From contig CAVXEP010000001.1 of assembly GCA_963760795.1 (NCBI GenBank), forward strand, positions 96,001 through 160,000: a stretch of 64,000 bases of DNA. The letters run 5' to 3'. This DNA is from an uncultured delta proteobacterium (GTDB lineage Bacteria; Desulfobacterota; Binatia; UBA9968). Each line of letters begins with the position of its first letter. The first letter of the stretch is position 1. A model generated the notes under the pieces. It did not search any database and was not told where the DNA came from. It saw nothing but the letters and a program-made list of their open reading frames with translations. A program made the position numbers and the translations under genes. Positions 19,818 through 34,401 of this stretch are shown here, in pieces.

Positions 19818-22800
19818 TTAGAACAGCGTCAATTCTTCATTGGCTTGCGTGCCGACATCAATCGATTCGCCCAGGCGCAGAAAGATTAATTTAAACGCCG
19901 CCACTTGGCGCCCGAGGCCTTTTCGTGCCGCCTCGATATAAATCTCCGCCTGCTGGCGATAGCGCTCGGCGCCGATGCGTAATTCATTTCGTTTAATTCT
20001 ATCTGTCTTATAGTCGGCCAGGTAAAGCAAGCCGTTTTTCTCGTAGATGAGATCGATGACACCTTCCATGATCTGATCCGTTCCATGGCATGAGTGAGCG
20101 GCACTTCGCGGCCGAGGATCTTGGCGCCGGCGAGTTCGCCGTAGACTTTTGAGCGGAAATAATTATCCAAAATTTCGTGCAGCTCGGTTTCGATCTCAGC
20201 GCGGTGTGAAACGAATTCCGCCGGCAGAGCGCCGTCGATGAAAGCTGCGCAATTGCTCATCGAGATTCGCTGTCTCACCGCCGAACTGCCAGGTCTGCAA
20301 AAATCGGTGCGTCAGATCGCCGACCACCAGCGCCGGGGTCTTTCGCGGTGGTTGGATGGTCAGTCTATCGCCGGCTTCGGTGCTCGCTTCTTCCTGGCGC
20401 TTGAGCAGGGTCGGCGTGAGAAATGGCGTGGTCTGTTGCGCCTTTTCATAGATCGCCGTCCGGCGCGCCCAATCGTCGACATAGGGTTTCCAGTTGGGCT
20501 TTTTTTTGGAGCGTTTGGCTTTGGCCGGCGCGTGGCTGGGGGCGCTGAGACTCTGATTGACGACTTCGATCTCGACCATACCTTTGCCGAGGGCGACCCG
20601 GGTTGAGGATTCGGCGCCGGCGATGCTGTCGCCCAGCGTTGTGTCGAGCATGGCCTGAAAGCTGCCGCTGGAACGCCGGCCGCTCGGTGCGCAGGAGATG
20701 ACTAGATGTTCTCGCGCTCTCGTCATGGCGACGTAGAGCAGCCGTTTTTGTTCTTCGGCATTTCTCAAGCGGTTTTTCTCGGCGATGTAGAGGCCGGCGA
20801 GATCGGCGATCTGGCCGATGCGCGTGCCGGTGAGTCCGGTGGACCAATCGAAGGTCGACTCGGCTTCGGCGCTATGGCGTCCTTCGGTGCCGGTCTGGCA
20901 GCCGGCCAGGATGACGATGGGGAACTCCAAGCCTTTGGCCTTATGGATGCTCATGATGCGCACGGCGTCGAGGTTTTCTTCGGCGAGCACGCTTTCGCCT
21001 TCGTCCTTGACGTCGAGGACGCGCTGTTCGAGCTGGCGGATCGCTTGTTTGAGCGTGGTCAATCCCTCGCGGCCGAGCTGTTCGGCTTGCTGGCGCAGCT
21101 TGGCTAAGTTGGCCACCGCCTGCTCGCCGTGGAAATGGCAGGCGGCGAGCAGCTCCACCGGCAGAGTGGAAAATACCCGATCGACGGCGGCGCCGATGGG
21201 CAGGGTTCTGGTTTCCTCGTTGAGCCTGGCCAGCGCCTGATAGAGTTGAGCGAGCGTTGCTGGAAACTCTTCGACGTCGAGTTTGGCGGCGTCGCGATAG
21301 TCGAGCCGGTTTTGCCGGTGCAGCTGGTAAATCTGCAAGTCGGTGAGCCCGCCCAAGGGCGAACGCAGCACGCCGACTAGGGCCAAGCGGTCGTAGGGGT
21401 TCTCCACCGCGCGCAGCAGATTGACCGCGTCGATGATTTCTTTGGCGGCGTAGAAATGGCGCTCGCCTTCGACCACGTAGCGAATGCCCTGGCGGCGTAA
21501 CGGTTCCAAATAGTCGTGGATGTCGGTCAGCTTGCGCATCAGAGATGGCGACGTCTTTCGGCTGGGCGTAGACGGTCTCGCCGCGCGGGTTGAGAATCTG
21601 CGCTTTACCCAACACAGACTCTTTCAACCAGCGCGCCAAGCTCTCGCCTTCGATGCGCCGGGCGGTTTCGGCATCGGTCTGATCGTCAGGCGGCGATGAT
21701 TTTTCTGACCGAGAGTTTCGCCAGCGGGCCTGAGAGGCTCGCGCGGCCGGGCGCGGGCTGGATAGCGATATAGGGCGGCTGTAACGCCTCTCGGGTTTGG
21801 ATCAATTGTTCAAAGGCGCCGTTGACGACGTCGAGGATGGCGCCGTCGCTGCGGAAGTTAGTCGTTAGCCGGCACTCGATGCCGTCTTGTGCCAAGATGA
21901 TTTTTTCTACCACTTCCAAATAGGCCTCGATGTCGGCGCGGCGGAAAGCATAGATCGATTGTTTCGGGTCGCCGACCACGAATAGTTTGCCGGGTTCCAA
22001 TCTAACTTTGCGCCACTCCGACACGCTCTGATTGGCCTGTTCGGCCAAATAGAGAAGAATCTCGTACTGGATCGGGTCGGTGTCCTGAAACTCGTCGATC
22101 AAGATCGTCCGGTAGCGGCGTTTGAGTTCGGCGCGCACCCGCTTGTGGTCGCGCATCAGGTTGCGGGCGCGAACTAACAAGCCGTCGAATGAGATATGGC
22201 CGTCGCGCAGGAAGCGCTCGCGAAAGGCGCTGGCGTAGGGAACGAGCAATCGCCAGAGCAATGCGGTGAACTCGCCGTCGACGCCGGCCAGGCCTTTGGC
22301 GGCGCGGACTAGCTTTTGCGCCGCAGCGATATCTTCCGCAGACCAGCCATTGAGGTCGCGGCTGACCGATTTTTCCGCCAGGAGCGCGTAGCACTCGGCC
22401 AAGTCCGCCGAGCGCCGGCCGGATTTTTCAAACTCGTAGATCACCGCGTGGGCGGCGCGCACGAGTTTTTCATTCATCCGGTCTTCCCGATAGCGCGCGT
22501 CCAAGGCCGCGGCTTGCGCGGCTAATTTGCCGAGCCAAGCGCGCAGCGGCGCGGCGATTTCGTTGGTATTCGTTGGATCTTGGTCGAGGTTCACGGTTTC
22601 CGCTGCCAGCGATATAGCGAGAGCTTTGATTTGATCGAGCTGGCAGCGCGCGAGCACTTTGCGCCATTCGTCGGCGTGGGGGCTGCCTAAGGCCAGTTCT
22701 TGATCGAGCCAGGCGTCCCATTGCTCGTCGAATAGCCGATCGAATTGCGTGCCGTCGTCTTCGCGAAATTGCGGATCAACACCGGCTTCGATGGGATAGA

Positions 22801-23245
22801 GGCGCAGCAAATTGGCGGCGAAGCTATGGATCGTGCCGATGTCGCTGCGTTCTAAATTTCGCAGTGCCTCACGGATGCGCGAGTCCATTTCATCCTTGGA
22901 AAGTTGGTAGAGCGCGATGATGTCTTCGACAGCGTGGAAAGTTTTCTTGTCTACCTCGCCGGCGGGTTGGCGGTCGAGCTCGACGGCTAAGTAGGCCTGC
23001 AAGAGTTCGCGCAACCGCAACTTCATTTCATCGGCGGCTTTGTTGGTAAAGGTCAAGGCGACGATCTCGGTGACCTTGAGCGGTTGGGGATTGCGCAAGA
23101 TCAAGTGCGCCAGCCGGTCCACCAGCAAGGTTGTTTTGCCGGTGCCGGCGCCGGCCGTGACCACCAGATTTCGGTCGAAGGTGCCCACCGCTACTTGGCG
23201 ATCGCGGGCGTCGGGCAGTGCGATGTTTTCCGTCGCTGGGCTCAT
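19818..23245 (-). CDS. addA: AddA UvrD-type helicase/nuclease (frameshifted in assembly)
   Basis: TAGAGTGKT, LTFTNKAA, TIHSF, DEFQD, VGDPKQSIYAFRRA, MSIHKAKGLEF, YVAMTRA and nuclease GVIDL..DYKT across about 4 frame breaks. Confidence 0.85.
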
Positions 23246-26200
23246 AGTTTCTTCGGATCTTTGGCGCGCAAAGCGTAATGCGCGTCGGTCAGTGGATCGT
23301 TCTCGGCGCGCCACAAGCTCGGTGGATGATTCTTGCGGCAGATAGTGGCGAAATCGCAGCGGCCGCAGTACTCGCCGCGGTGGATGAAGTACCGACCCTG
23401 GCGCACGCCATTCGCTAGATACTCGATGGTCTCTTTGGTGGCGGCGCCGAGGTTGCCGCTCAAACCGTCGCGATCGTAGGGCGCTGTAACCAGCGGGCCG
23501 TCGGGCCAGCGCTGAGCGATGTAATAAAAATCCGCTTCGATGGCCGGGGCGGGCTTGCCGTCCTGGCGTTCGGACCACGCCTGGGCTAACAAATAATAGA
23601 AAGGCGGCTGCAAGCGCTCGCCGCGCAGGGCGGCGCGCACAAGGTTTTTGTCTTGAGTCGCCGGTGCGGCGCCAAACTTGAATTTGTAGTCGATGACCCG
23701 CAGCGCGTTGCCGTCGCGCTCGTTGCCCAAGTTACGATCAATGCGGTCCATGCGGCCACGAATAGTCAGGCCCTTCAAACTATCGGGCCAGTCATCCGGC
23801 AAGCTTCGCGCCATGTCGGTTTCCAGACTCACCGGGGCGAAACCCGAGCTCGAAAGTTCATTGAGATCCTCGTCGGTCACCTGGCGCAGCAATTGAATTA
23901 AACCCTCTTTCAACGTTTCCCAGGCCAACGGATAGCCCACCGGATTGTTCGCCTCGTAGTCGGCGAAAGCCTGGTTCGCGATCGCCGACAGCGTGTTTTC
24001 TATATTCATTGCTGGCGTGTTGCCGGTAAAATAGCCGCCCTCCATCAACGCGGCATAAAAGCTGTTGAGAATTTCATGGCCCAACTCACCGAACTCGGCG
24101 GCATTGGGACCGAGGATTTCTTCGGGTCGTTCGAGCGGCTGTAAGCCAAGCACATGACGGGCAAAAAATTGGAACGGGCAACGCGCGTAGGTTTCCAACG
24201 CCGTCGGTGATAAGCCGCGCTCGGCGAAACGTTTCCAGTGAGCGGCGAGTTCGCCGACCAACCCATCGTAGGCCAACAAGCGATCGCCGGAGCGATCGAG
24301 TCTCGCTGACGATCTTGCGTCCCTCCCGGTAGAGCGCCGGCAGATTGCCGGTGGCTTCGATCAACGAGGTTGGATCTTGGTTCTGCAAGGTTAGCCGCAC
24401 AGCGAGCTCGCCCGGCAACAGCAAGTCTTGGCGGTCGAAGGGCGCCGTAGTGGCTTTTTCGATCAGGCTGCGCGGGATGGTGACGATTTCACACTCAACT
24501 CCTTGGCTGACTTGGGCTTGCTTCAGTTCTTCGACATACCACGACGGCGCCAGCGCCCGGCCATTGTCGTCGGCGCGTTGGTACGAGCAGTAGAACCGCT
24601 CGCGGCCGGCGCCGACGAGGAGGGTGAACAGCAGTTTCTCTTCGTCGTAGCCGGTGAGTTTCCGGTTGACCTTGTAGCCCAGGTCGGTTTCCAAGACTTC
24701 GCGGTCGCGGTCGCGCAGAAAGGCGTCCTCGCGGATGGTGCGCGGGAACACGCCTTCGTTCATGCCGAGAACGAACAAAGCCCGGAAGCAAAGGCCGCGG
24801 GCAGCGGTGGCGCCGAGCACCATGACGCCGTCGCGGTTGCGCCGGTCTTCGGTCACCGTGGTGCGTTCGAGCCAGTGCTCGAAGGTATGGCTGAAATCGT
24901 CGAGGCTGACGTTGTCATGGATTTTATCGAGACCGCCGAGCTGGTCCAGGACTTCCAGAATTGCATTATTCACCGACGCTTCGCCTGTTCCAGCCTCGTC
25001 TATGGACGAGATGCCCAGATATTTTTCCAGCAAAGCCTTCCATCTCGTGCTGAAGTCCTGCCAAGTCGCTTGGTTGGGCAGTGCGGCGAGATCGGCAATC
25101 AGCGCATCGACGACATCGGCGAGGGAGAGCAACTGCGCCGCGGCAATGCGGATCACCCGCGCTTCGTCGTCGTCGGAAATTTGCCGCAGTAACAAATCGC
25201 GCTGGGTGAAACGGCGCAGCCGGCGCCATTCGCTAACGCCTTGACAAATCGCCAGCTCGCGGGTCGCCAAGTCCCAGAGATCCGGGCGCGCGTGAGCGGG
25301 GTCAGCGGCGAGTTTGTAAAGCTGAAAATAGGGCGACGACAGCAAGTCGATCACTTGGCTGCGCAAGAAGTCTTTGGCCGGCAGACTTGAGCAGCAGGAT
25401 GACCGCCTTGGTCAGCGGAAACAGCACCAGCGGTTCTTCAAGGCGGCCGGCAAGTGGGATGCGATGTTGGGCAAAGCCGTCGCGAATGACCCTGCCGTAG
25501 GACGTCCAAACCGCGCACCACCACGCCGATCTCATGAAATGCCAACTGACCAACCTCGACCAGCCGCAGGATTTCTTTTGCCGTCGTTGCGACTTCGTCC
25601 TGGATGCCGAAGGTATTGACGATTGTGCAGTGCCACTTTTTGTTGGCTTTCGCATAGCTTCTGCTCTTGTCGCCGTCAAACAGGCGGGCGCCGGTGGGCA
25701 GAGTGCTGTTCGATTCCGCATCACCCACTGAATCACTTGTGTGTCCTTGGACGTAGCGCTCGTAAAAGCGTGCGGCGAACGTCCAGGCGTCATGGCTCGG
25801 TTTGGCGGGGAGCAGCGGAAAGAACAACTTGGTCGGATAGTTGCCTGCCACCGCCAGAAAAAAATCCAGTTGAATCTGCGTCAAATCGTAAAAGCCGTAG
25901 TAAAAAATCTCGGTGAACTGTTGGAGAAACGGCGACGCCGGCGCCTGTTCGGTGGCGCGGCGATCGAGATCGGAAAGATCTCGAATCCCCTGATCGTCAC
26001 AGAAATGGCGCAAGGTTTGCAGACAACGCCAGCAGCTGCGCCGTGCGCTCGCTGGCGGGCTGGCTGAAATGTCCCTCGCTGAGCGCCACCAGCGCCAGCG
26101 CCGGATCGACCAGACCGTCGCGCAGATCGCGCAGGGTCTGCCAAAGTGCGGCACAGCCGCCGGCGCGATCTTCGATGCCGGCAAAGGGCTCGGCGCCGGG

Positions 26201-26504
26201 TTGGCCGGTGCGGATGATCTGACGCAACGCTTCTTCGTGGAAGAGATCGCTATGCAATTCCGTCGGCACGCTGCCGGATTCGACATTCAGCCGTAACGAC
26301 AACTGGTGAAACGTCAGCAACTGCACGTTGAGCAGCGCCAAGCCCCGCTCGCGGCTCAAGAGTATTTTCAGTCGACGGCGGAGGAAATCGGACGGCACCA
26401 GGATTAACAGCGGGCAGAGCAGGTCGGTAGTCTTTATGTCTGGCAATCGCTTCGACGAGAGCATTTTCAAGATCGGGATGAAATGGACCGAGGACGGTTT
26501 GCAT
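23242..26504 (-). CDS. addB: AddB-like PD-(D/E)XK nuclease subunit (frameshifted in assembly)
   Basis: ILVPS, FYGFYD, SPTALETYARCPFQFF, RGRMDRID..VIDYK and C-terminal CGRCDFATIC (4-Cys Fe-S staple); ATGA overlap with addA. Confidence 0.82.
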
Positions 26505-26660
26505 GGATTTGTTTCGACTGTCGAAACGTTCGCGGGTCAAAATCAATATGAAATAGCCGTTGGCGATTGGCAAGGGAGGGATTGTGTTCACAACTCGGAA
26601 TCGGAGATTGGCGGCAAAGAACCCAGCACGGCACAGCCGCAACCCAATGGGAAAGAGTTT

Positions 26661-26735
26661 TTACCACAAGGTCACGAAGGACACGAAGGCTTCGGAAAAT
26701 TATTTCTCCGAATATCGTGCTCTTGGTGTCCTTTG
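26661..26735. repeat. intergenic imperfect palindrome (CACGAAG/CACAGAG-type)
   Basis: CCACAAGGTCACGAAGGACACGAAG ... TCGTGCTCTTGGTGTCCTTTGG; related to 28575-28651. Confidence 0.5.
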
Positions 26736-26802
26736 GACAGGATTTCTCATTCAGGCCGCTGCTGATTGCAAACGCGCAGGCAAAGCATTAAACCCGATCG
26801 AT

Positions 26803-28489
26803 ATGCGCTTCTTACTCCGGTCGAGGATTTTTTTCTGTTTCCTCTCTATCTGTTAGCTTCGTTGCCGCGGAGGTCTCGGCGCGGACGCAGCAAGCCAGCT
26901 CCGGACTTGTGGTGGCCGACAGCGAGCAGGCGAGCCAGGCCGGTATGGAGATTCTCAAGCGCGGCGGCAATGCGATCGACGCGGCGATCGCCACGGCGCT
27001 GGCATTATCCGTCGTCGATCAGGCATCGTCGGGGTTGGGCGGCGGCGGCTTCATGGTGATCTACCGCGCCAAAGACAAAAAATCATTCGCTCTCGATTTC
27101 CGTGAGACCGCGCCGGCAGCGTCGCGTCGCGAGTTGTATATGAAAGACGGCAAGCCGGTGGCGGCGGCGAGTCTGACGGGGCCGCTGGCGGTGGGCGTAC
27201 CCGGCGAGGCGGCGGGATTGATCGAGGCGCATAAGAAGTTCGGCACGCTGCCGCTGGCGGTGTTGGCGGCGCCGGCAATCAAATTAGCCAGCGAAGGATT
27301 TCCCCTCGATGCGACGTTGCGGATCGCCATCGAGCGCGGCGTAAACAACCTGAAGCGCTTCGCCGATCTCGCGCGCATCTACATGCCCAACGGGGAAGTG
27401 CCCAAGGAAGGCGAGCAGATCCGCCAACCGCAACTGGCGGCGACGATCAAGGCGCTGGCCCAGCAGGGCGGCGAAGTTTTTTACCGCGGCTGGATCGCCG
27501 AGGCGATCGTCGACATGGTCAAAAAAGAGGGCGGTGTCATGACCCTCGACGATCTAAAAAACTACCAAGCGGTGTGGCGCGAGCCGCTGGTCGGCAGCTA
27601 CCGGGGTCGCACGGTAATTACTATGCCGCCGCCGAGTTCGGGCGGCGTCGCGCTGTTGCAGATGCTCAATGTCGTGGAAGGCTATAAATTCGACGAGTTC
27701 AAACATAATGCGGCGCCCTATCTGCACTTGCTCGGCGAATCTATGAAGCATGCGTTTGCCGATCGGGCTGAATATTTGGGCGATCCCGACTTCGTCCATG
27801 TGCCGATCCGCAAACTGACGGACAAAAGCTACGCGACCTGGGTGCGCGGCCGGATTACGCCGGATAAAACCCATGCGCCGACCTACTATGGTTACTACAA
27901 CTACAACGGCGAGAAAGGCAGCACGACGCATTTCAGCGTCATCGACCGGGACGGCAACGCGGTGGCCTGCACACAGACCGTCAACACGCGCTTCGGCTCG
28001 AAACTGCTCGTGCCCAAGGCGGGTATCGTGCTCAACAATGAGATCGACGATTTCGCCATTCATGGCGAGACCGGCAATGTCTACGGCTTGATCGGTAACC
28101 AGGCCAACTCGCTCCAGCCCAACAAGCGGCCGCTCAGCAGTATGTCGCCGACGATTGTCCTGAACAACGGGCGGCCCGAGATCGTCGTCGGCGCCTCGGG
28201 TGGGCCGCGCATTATCAACGCGACCTTGCAGACCATCCTCAATATTCTCGAATTCAAGATGCCGGTGGCCGCCGCTGTCGAGTCGGCGCGCATCCACCAC
28301 CAATGGATGCCGGATCGGATGGGGGTCGAAGCCGGCGTCGCGGCGGAGGCGAAAAAGGATTTAGAAAAACGCGGCCACGCGCTGCGCACGCAAAGCGCTC
28401 TCGGCGTCGTCCAGGCGATCACCTGGGATGGGGTGACGATGAAAGGGGCGGCGGATTCACGAAAAGTTGAGCGGGCGAGGACGGAGTAG
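26803..28489 (+). CDS. ggt: gamma-glutamyltransferase
   Basis: GGNAIDAA, SGLGGGGF, DFRETAP, autoproteolytic TTHFSVID and RPLSSMSPT motifs; signal-peptide region apparently frameshifted. Confidence 0.92.
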
Positions 28490-28574
28490 CGCGCGGCTAT
28501 TGTCGCGCTGGTTCCATTGGTTCCAGCCGTTCAAAAAGTTCCAATCGTTATTTCGGATTCAAGATTCGGAGAGT

Positions 28575-28651
28575 CATCGCGGAGGCGCAGAGTTCGCCGA
28601 GGAATTCTGTCTAATATTTTCTCTGTGTCCTCAGCGTCTCTGCGGTGAAAA
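28575..28651. repeat. intergenic imperfect palindrome between convergent genes
   Basis: CATCGCGGAGGCGCAGAG ... CTCAGCGTCTCTGCGGTG. Confidence 0.55.
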
Positions 28652-28677
28652 CTTCCGAAGTGTGTTGATGGGCGGTG

Positions 28678-28977
28678 CTATTTTTTGCGGCGTTTACGCC
28701 ACCAGCTCCAGATGGGCAGGGCGAGCTTCCAGAGTCGCAGCGCATCGCTGGCGGATCGGAGTACTTTGCCGGCGTAGCCGCTGACGAGAAAACTGGAGAG
28801 GCCGGCGGCGACGATGGGGTGGGTTTTGAGCGCGCGGCCGAGTCCCAAAACCGTCGAACTCATATCGAAGGGCGATTTCAGATTGGCGTAATTGCGGGCT
28901 ATCTCGGTGCGCTCGTGAGCGGCTTTGTCGATCAAGGCTTGCTTGCGCCGGACGACGTCTTCGAGGCGGTTGGCCAT
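28678..28977 (-). CDS. YqjK-like protein
   Basis: RKQALI...ER motif and context after yqjD-yqjE homologues. Confidence 0.65.
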   Translation of the reverse strand: MANRLEDVVRRKQALIDKAAHERTEIARNYANLKSPFDMSSTVLGLGRALKTHPIVAAGLSSFLVSGYAGKVLRSASDALRLWKLALPIWSWWRKRRKK

Positions 28978-28981
28978 GGTT

Positions 28982-29380
28982 TTAAACTTTGAGGCGGTCG
29001 CGATCTTTGCCCAGTTCCGCCACCGTCGCAGAGAACAGTCCGGGGCGCGTGAAAAATACCTCGCGCAATTTGACCGCGGCGAATACCGCGACGCCCAAGT
29101 AGAGGAAAGCCAGAGAGCCGATGGCGCCGATCCAGCCGTTCTGCCAAAACAGCGCGACCAGAAAGATCGTCAGGAGAATGAACCCCATGCTGAGGCCGAA
29201 CACCAGCAACAGGGTGAAGATCAGGGTCTGCTTGAGCCGCTCGCGTTCTTCCTCGAGCTCGGTGACGAACAGTTCGACGCGGGTGTGAAAGGCCGACGCT
29301 AACGTCGCGCCGAGCGCTTTCAGCGAGTATATTATGCCGGGCGAGTTACCCTCGCCCGGACGGCTGCCACTGTCGAACAT
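28982..29380 (-). CDS. yqjE: YqjE-like membrane protein (phage holin family)
   Basis: TRVELFVTELEEE, two TM helices, T..EL.KDR. Confidence 0.8.
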   Translation of the reverse strand: MFDSGSRPGEGNSPGIIYSLKALGATLASAFHTRVELFVTELEEERERLKQTLIFTLLLVFGLSMGFILLTIFLVALFWQNGWIGAIGSLAFLYLGVAVFAAVKLREVFFTRPGLFSATVAELGKDRDRLKV

Positions 29381-29389
29381 GGGCGGGAG

Positions 29390-29710
29390 TTATTTGCCGC
29401 GGATCAAGAGCCCGAGCACGAGGCCAACTCCGGCGGCGATGCCGATGGCGCTCCAGGGATTCTCGCGGACATAGTCGTCGGCGATATCCGCGGCTTCTTT
29501 GGATTTCTCAACGATGGTTTTTTCGGCGTCGGCTAAGGCTTTCTTGCCCTCGATCAAGCTCTGCTCGATTTTCTGGCGCGCCACGCCGATCTTGTCGCCG
29601 GCCTGGCTGGCCGTGGCTTTTAGCAGTTCCTCGGCGTCGGCGACGAGATTCTTCAAATCGCTGGCCAATTTTTCTTTGCTGCTGGCTTCACCGTCCATAA
29701 AGTCCTCCAT
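29390..29710 (-). CDS. ElaB/YqjD/DUF883 family protein
   Basis: DAEELLKATA...DDYVRENPW.AIGIAAGVG. Confidence 0.9.
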   Translation of the reverse strand: MEDFMDGEASSKEKLASDLKNLVADAEELLKATASQAGDKIGVARQKIEQSLIEGKKALADAEKTIVEKSKEAADIADDYVRENPWSAIGIAAGVGLVLGLLIRGK

Positions 29711-29857
29711 GTGCAGGTCTAATGGTGGACATAATAAACACGGGGCAGTGGGCTATTCAAGGTCAATCTTGGCAGTCCAGAGAATTATTTTCTCTGCGTG
29801 CGATGTGGAAAACGAGAATGGCGCGCGGTGTGGGCAGCGGCAAAGCCCGCCTTGTCT

Positions 29858-32825
<2,968 letters not shown>

Positions 32826-32850
32826 TTTCGCTTCCATGGGTAGTTTCTGG

Positions 32851-32915
32851 GTCGAGGATCGATGATTGAGGATGGCGTCAATTCGCTATCCTCTAACTTC
32901 GATCCTCCATTCTCG
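32851..32915. repeat. inverted GAGGATC heptamer-like element
   Basis: GAGGATCGATGATTGAGGATGGC ... GCTATCCTCTAACTTCGATCCTCCATTCTCG. Confidence 0.55.
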
Positions 32916-32919
32916 GCTT

Positions 32920-34062
32920 TCAGGGCAGCGCCTCCAGCAAGACCTCTTGTGCCGCGGCGACGCCCCGGCCCAACGGGATTTCGGCGCCAAATTTTCTCAG
33001 CGCCATCTCCAACGCGGCGATCGCGGTGATCACGTCGAAGCCGCCCATGTAGCCGATATGGGCGATGCGGATCGCTTTGCCTTTGAGCTGATCTTGGCCC
33101 TCGGCAAGGACGACATTCATCTTGTCGCGCAGGTATTCGAGCACGGCGTCGGCATCGATGCCCTCAGGTAAATAAATTCCCGTGGCCGCCGGGCTGGGGC
33201 TGTCGGGGGCGAGCAGTTTTAATCCCAATGCTTTCGCGGCGGCGCGGGTGGCGCGGCACAATCGGTCGTGACGCGCGTAGACATTGGCCAGCCCTTCGCG
33301 CTGGATCATTGCCAGCGAAGCGCGCACGCCAAAGATTAACGACACCGCCGGCGTGAAGGCGCCGGAGCCTTTTTGCTGGTTCTTGCGTTCGAGATTCAAG
33401 TCGAAATAAAAACGCGGCAGTTTGGCCGTTTTAGTTTTCTCCCAAGCGCGGTCGCTCAGCGCGATGAAACCCAAGCCGGGCGGCAGCATGAGCGCCTTTT
33501 GCGAGCCGGTGACGAGTACGTCGATGCCCCATTCGTCGAGCGGCAGCGGCACGACGCCGACGGCGGTGACGCCGTCGACTAAAAAGAGCGGGCCGTTTTG
33601 GGTCAGCTTGGCGATCTCTTTGACCGGATGGAGCACCGTGGTCGACGTTTCGCTGGCTTGGATCATCACGCCCTGAATGTCGGGATGGGCTTTGAGTTGC
33701 TTTTCGACCTCGGCGACTTTGACCGCCTGGCCCCACTCGACTTTCATCTCGATGGGATTCAAGCCGAAGGCGTTGGCAATATTCAACCAGCGCTCGCCGA
33801 ATTTGCCGCCGTTGATGACCAGAACCTTGTCGCCGGGGGAAAACAGATTGGCCACCGACGCTTCCATGGCGCCGGTGCCGGACGCGGCCAGCATCAGGAC
33901 ATCGTTCTTGGTGGCGAAAAGTTTTTTCAGCCCCTCGCGGGCTTCGTCGAAGACTTTGTTAAACTGCGGCGTGCGATGATGAATCATCGTCTCGGCCATC
34001 GCTAGGGCCACTTCGTTCGGGATCGGCGTCGGGCCGGGGGACAGGAGATATTGCTTAATCAT
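32920..34062 (-). CDS. class V PLP aminotransferase (AGT/SPT family; probable phosphoserine aminotransferase by context)
   Basis: PGPT, SGTGAME, ETST, VDGV and GSQKAL (PLP Lys) motifs; first gene before serA. Confidence 0.88.
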   Translation of the reverse strand: MIKQYLLSPGPTPIPNEVALAMAETMIHHRTPQFNKVFDEAREGLKKLFATKNDVLMLAASGTGAMEASVANLFSPGDKVLVINGGKFGERWLNIANAFGLNPIEMKVEWGQAVKVAEVEKQLKAHPDIQGVMIQASETSTTVLHPVKEIAKLTQNGPLFLVDGVTAVGVVPLPLDEWGIDVLVTGSQKALMLPPGLGFIALSDRAWEKTKTAKLPRFYFDLNLERKNQQKGSGAFTPAVSLIFGVRASLAMIQREGLANVYARHDRLCRATRAAAKALGLKLLAPDSPSPAATGIYLPEGIDADAVLEYLRDKMNVVLAEGQDQLKGKAIRIAHIGYMGGFDVITAIAALEMALRKFGAEIPLGRGVAAAQEVLLEALP

Positions 34063-34151
34063 GCCTCAACTCCATTCGAAACTATTACGCTATGGCAGGA
34101 TTTGAAGTGGAAATAATCGCGTCGGCGGTAAACTAACGGCGCTTCATCCAC

Positions 34152-34187
34152 AAAAAAACCTGGATCTCTATCGTTAAGAGACCCAGG
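34152..34187 (-). terminator. riboswitch expression-platform terminator
   Basis: CCTGGGTCTC-TTAACGATA-GAGATCCAGG-T7; the 5' arm overlaps the aptamer 3' end CGCCTGGG. Confidence 0.85.
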
Positions 34188-34255
34188 CGTTCGGCCGTCT
34201 TAATGCTTTGCGCTCCCTCGTGGTCGATTCCACGTTGACGCCAGTCGCGCAAAAC
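34182..34255 (-). ncRNA. ZMP/ZTP riboswitch (pfl motif)
   Basis: TTTGCGC-GACTGGCG-TCAAC-GTGG..CCAC-GAGGGA-GCGCAAA, linker, GGCCGAACGCCTGGG. Matches the pfl consensus, including the GGCG/CGCC pseudoknot. Confidence 0.88.
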
Positions 34256-34265
34256 TTACGAAAAA

Positions 34266-34294
34266 CTTCTATCTCGTAGCGCCGGCAATGTCAA
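34266..34294 (-). promoter_or_regulatory. sigma-70 promoter for the riboswitch leader
   Basis: TTGACA-N17-TAGAAG immediately upstream of the aptamer. Confidence 0.65.
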
Positions 34295-34308
34295 TGTTGT
34301 GGGGAAAT

Positions 34309-34397
34309 AGAGAGGCGAGACAGCGACAGAGAATTGCGATAGAGATTTGAGAGAAGAGGGAGGGCGGGGCGGTCTCTGTCTCGACTCTCTGTCTCCT
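34309..34397. repeat. AG/CT-rich palindromic element (copy 1)
   Basis: GAGACAGCGACAGAG..GATAGAGA ... GGGCGGTCTCTGTCTC..CTCTGTCT; similar to 60242-60334. Confidence 0.55.
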
Positions 34398-34401
34398 ATC
34401 C

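Noticed and set aside
19818-26504. Cas4/CRISPR or defence helicase-nuclease system
   Set aside because: The architecture matches housekeeping AddAB; no cas genes or repeat-spacer array were found
28982-29380. Prophage holin
   Set aside because: It is part of the chromosomal yqjD-yqjE-yqjK-like trio, with no phage genes nearby
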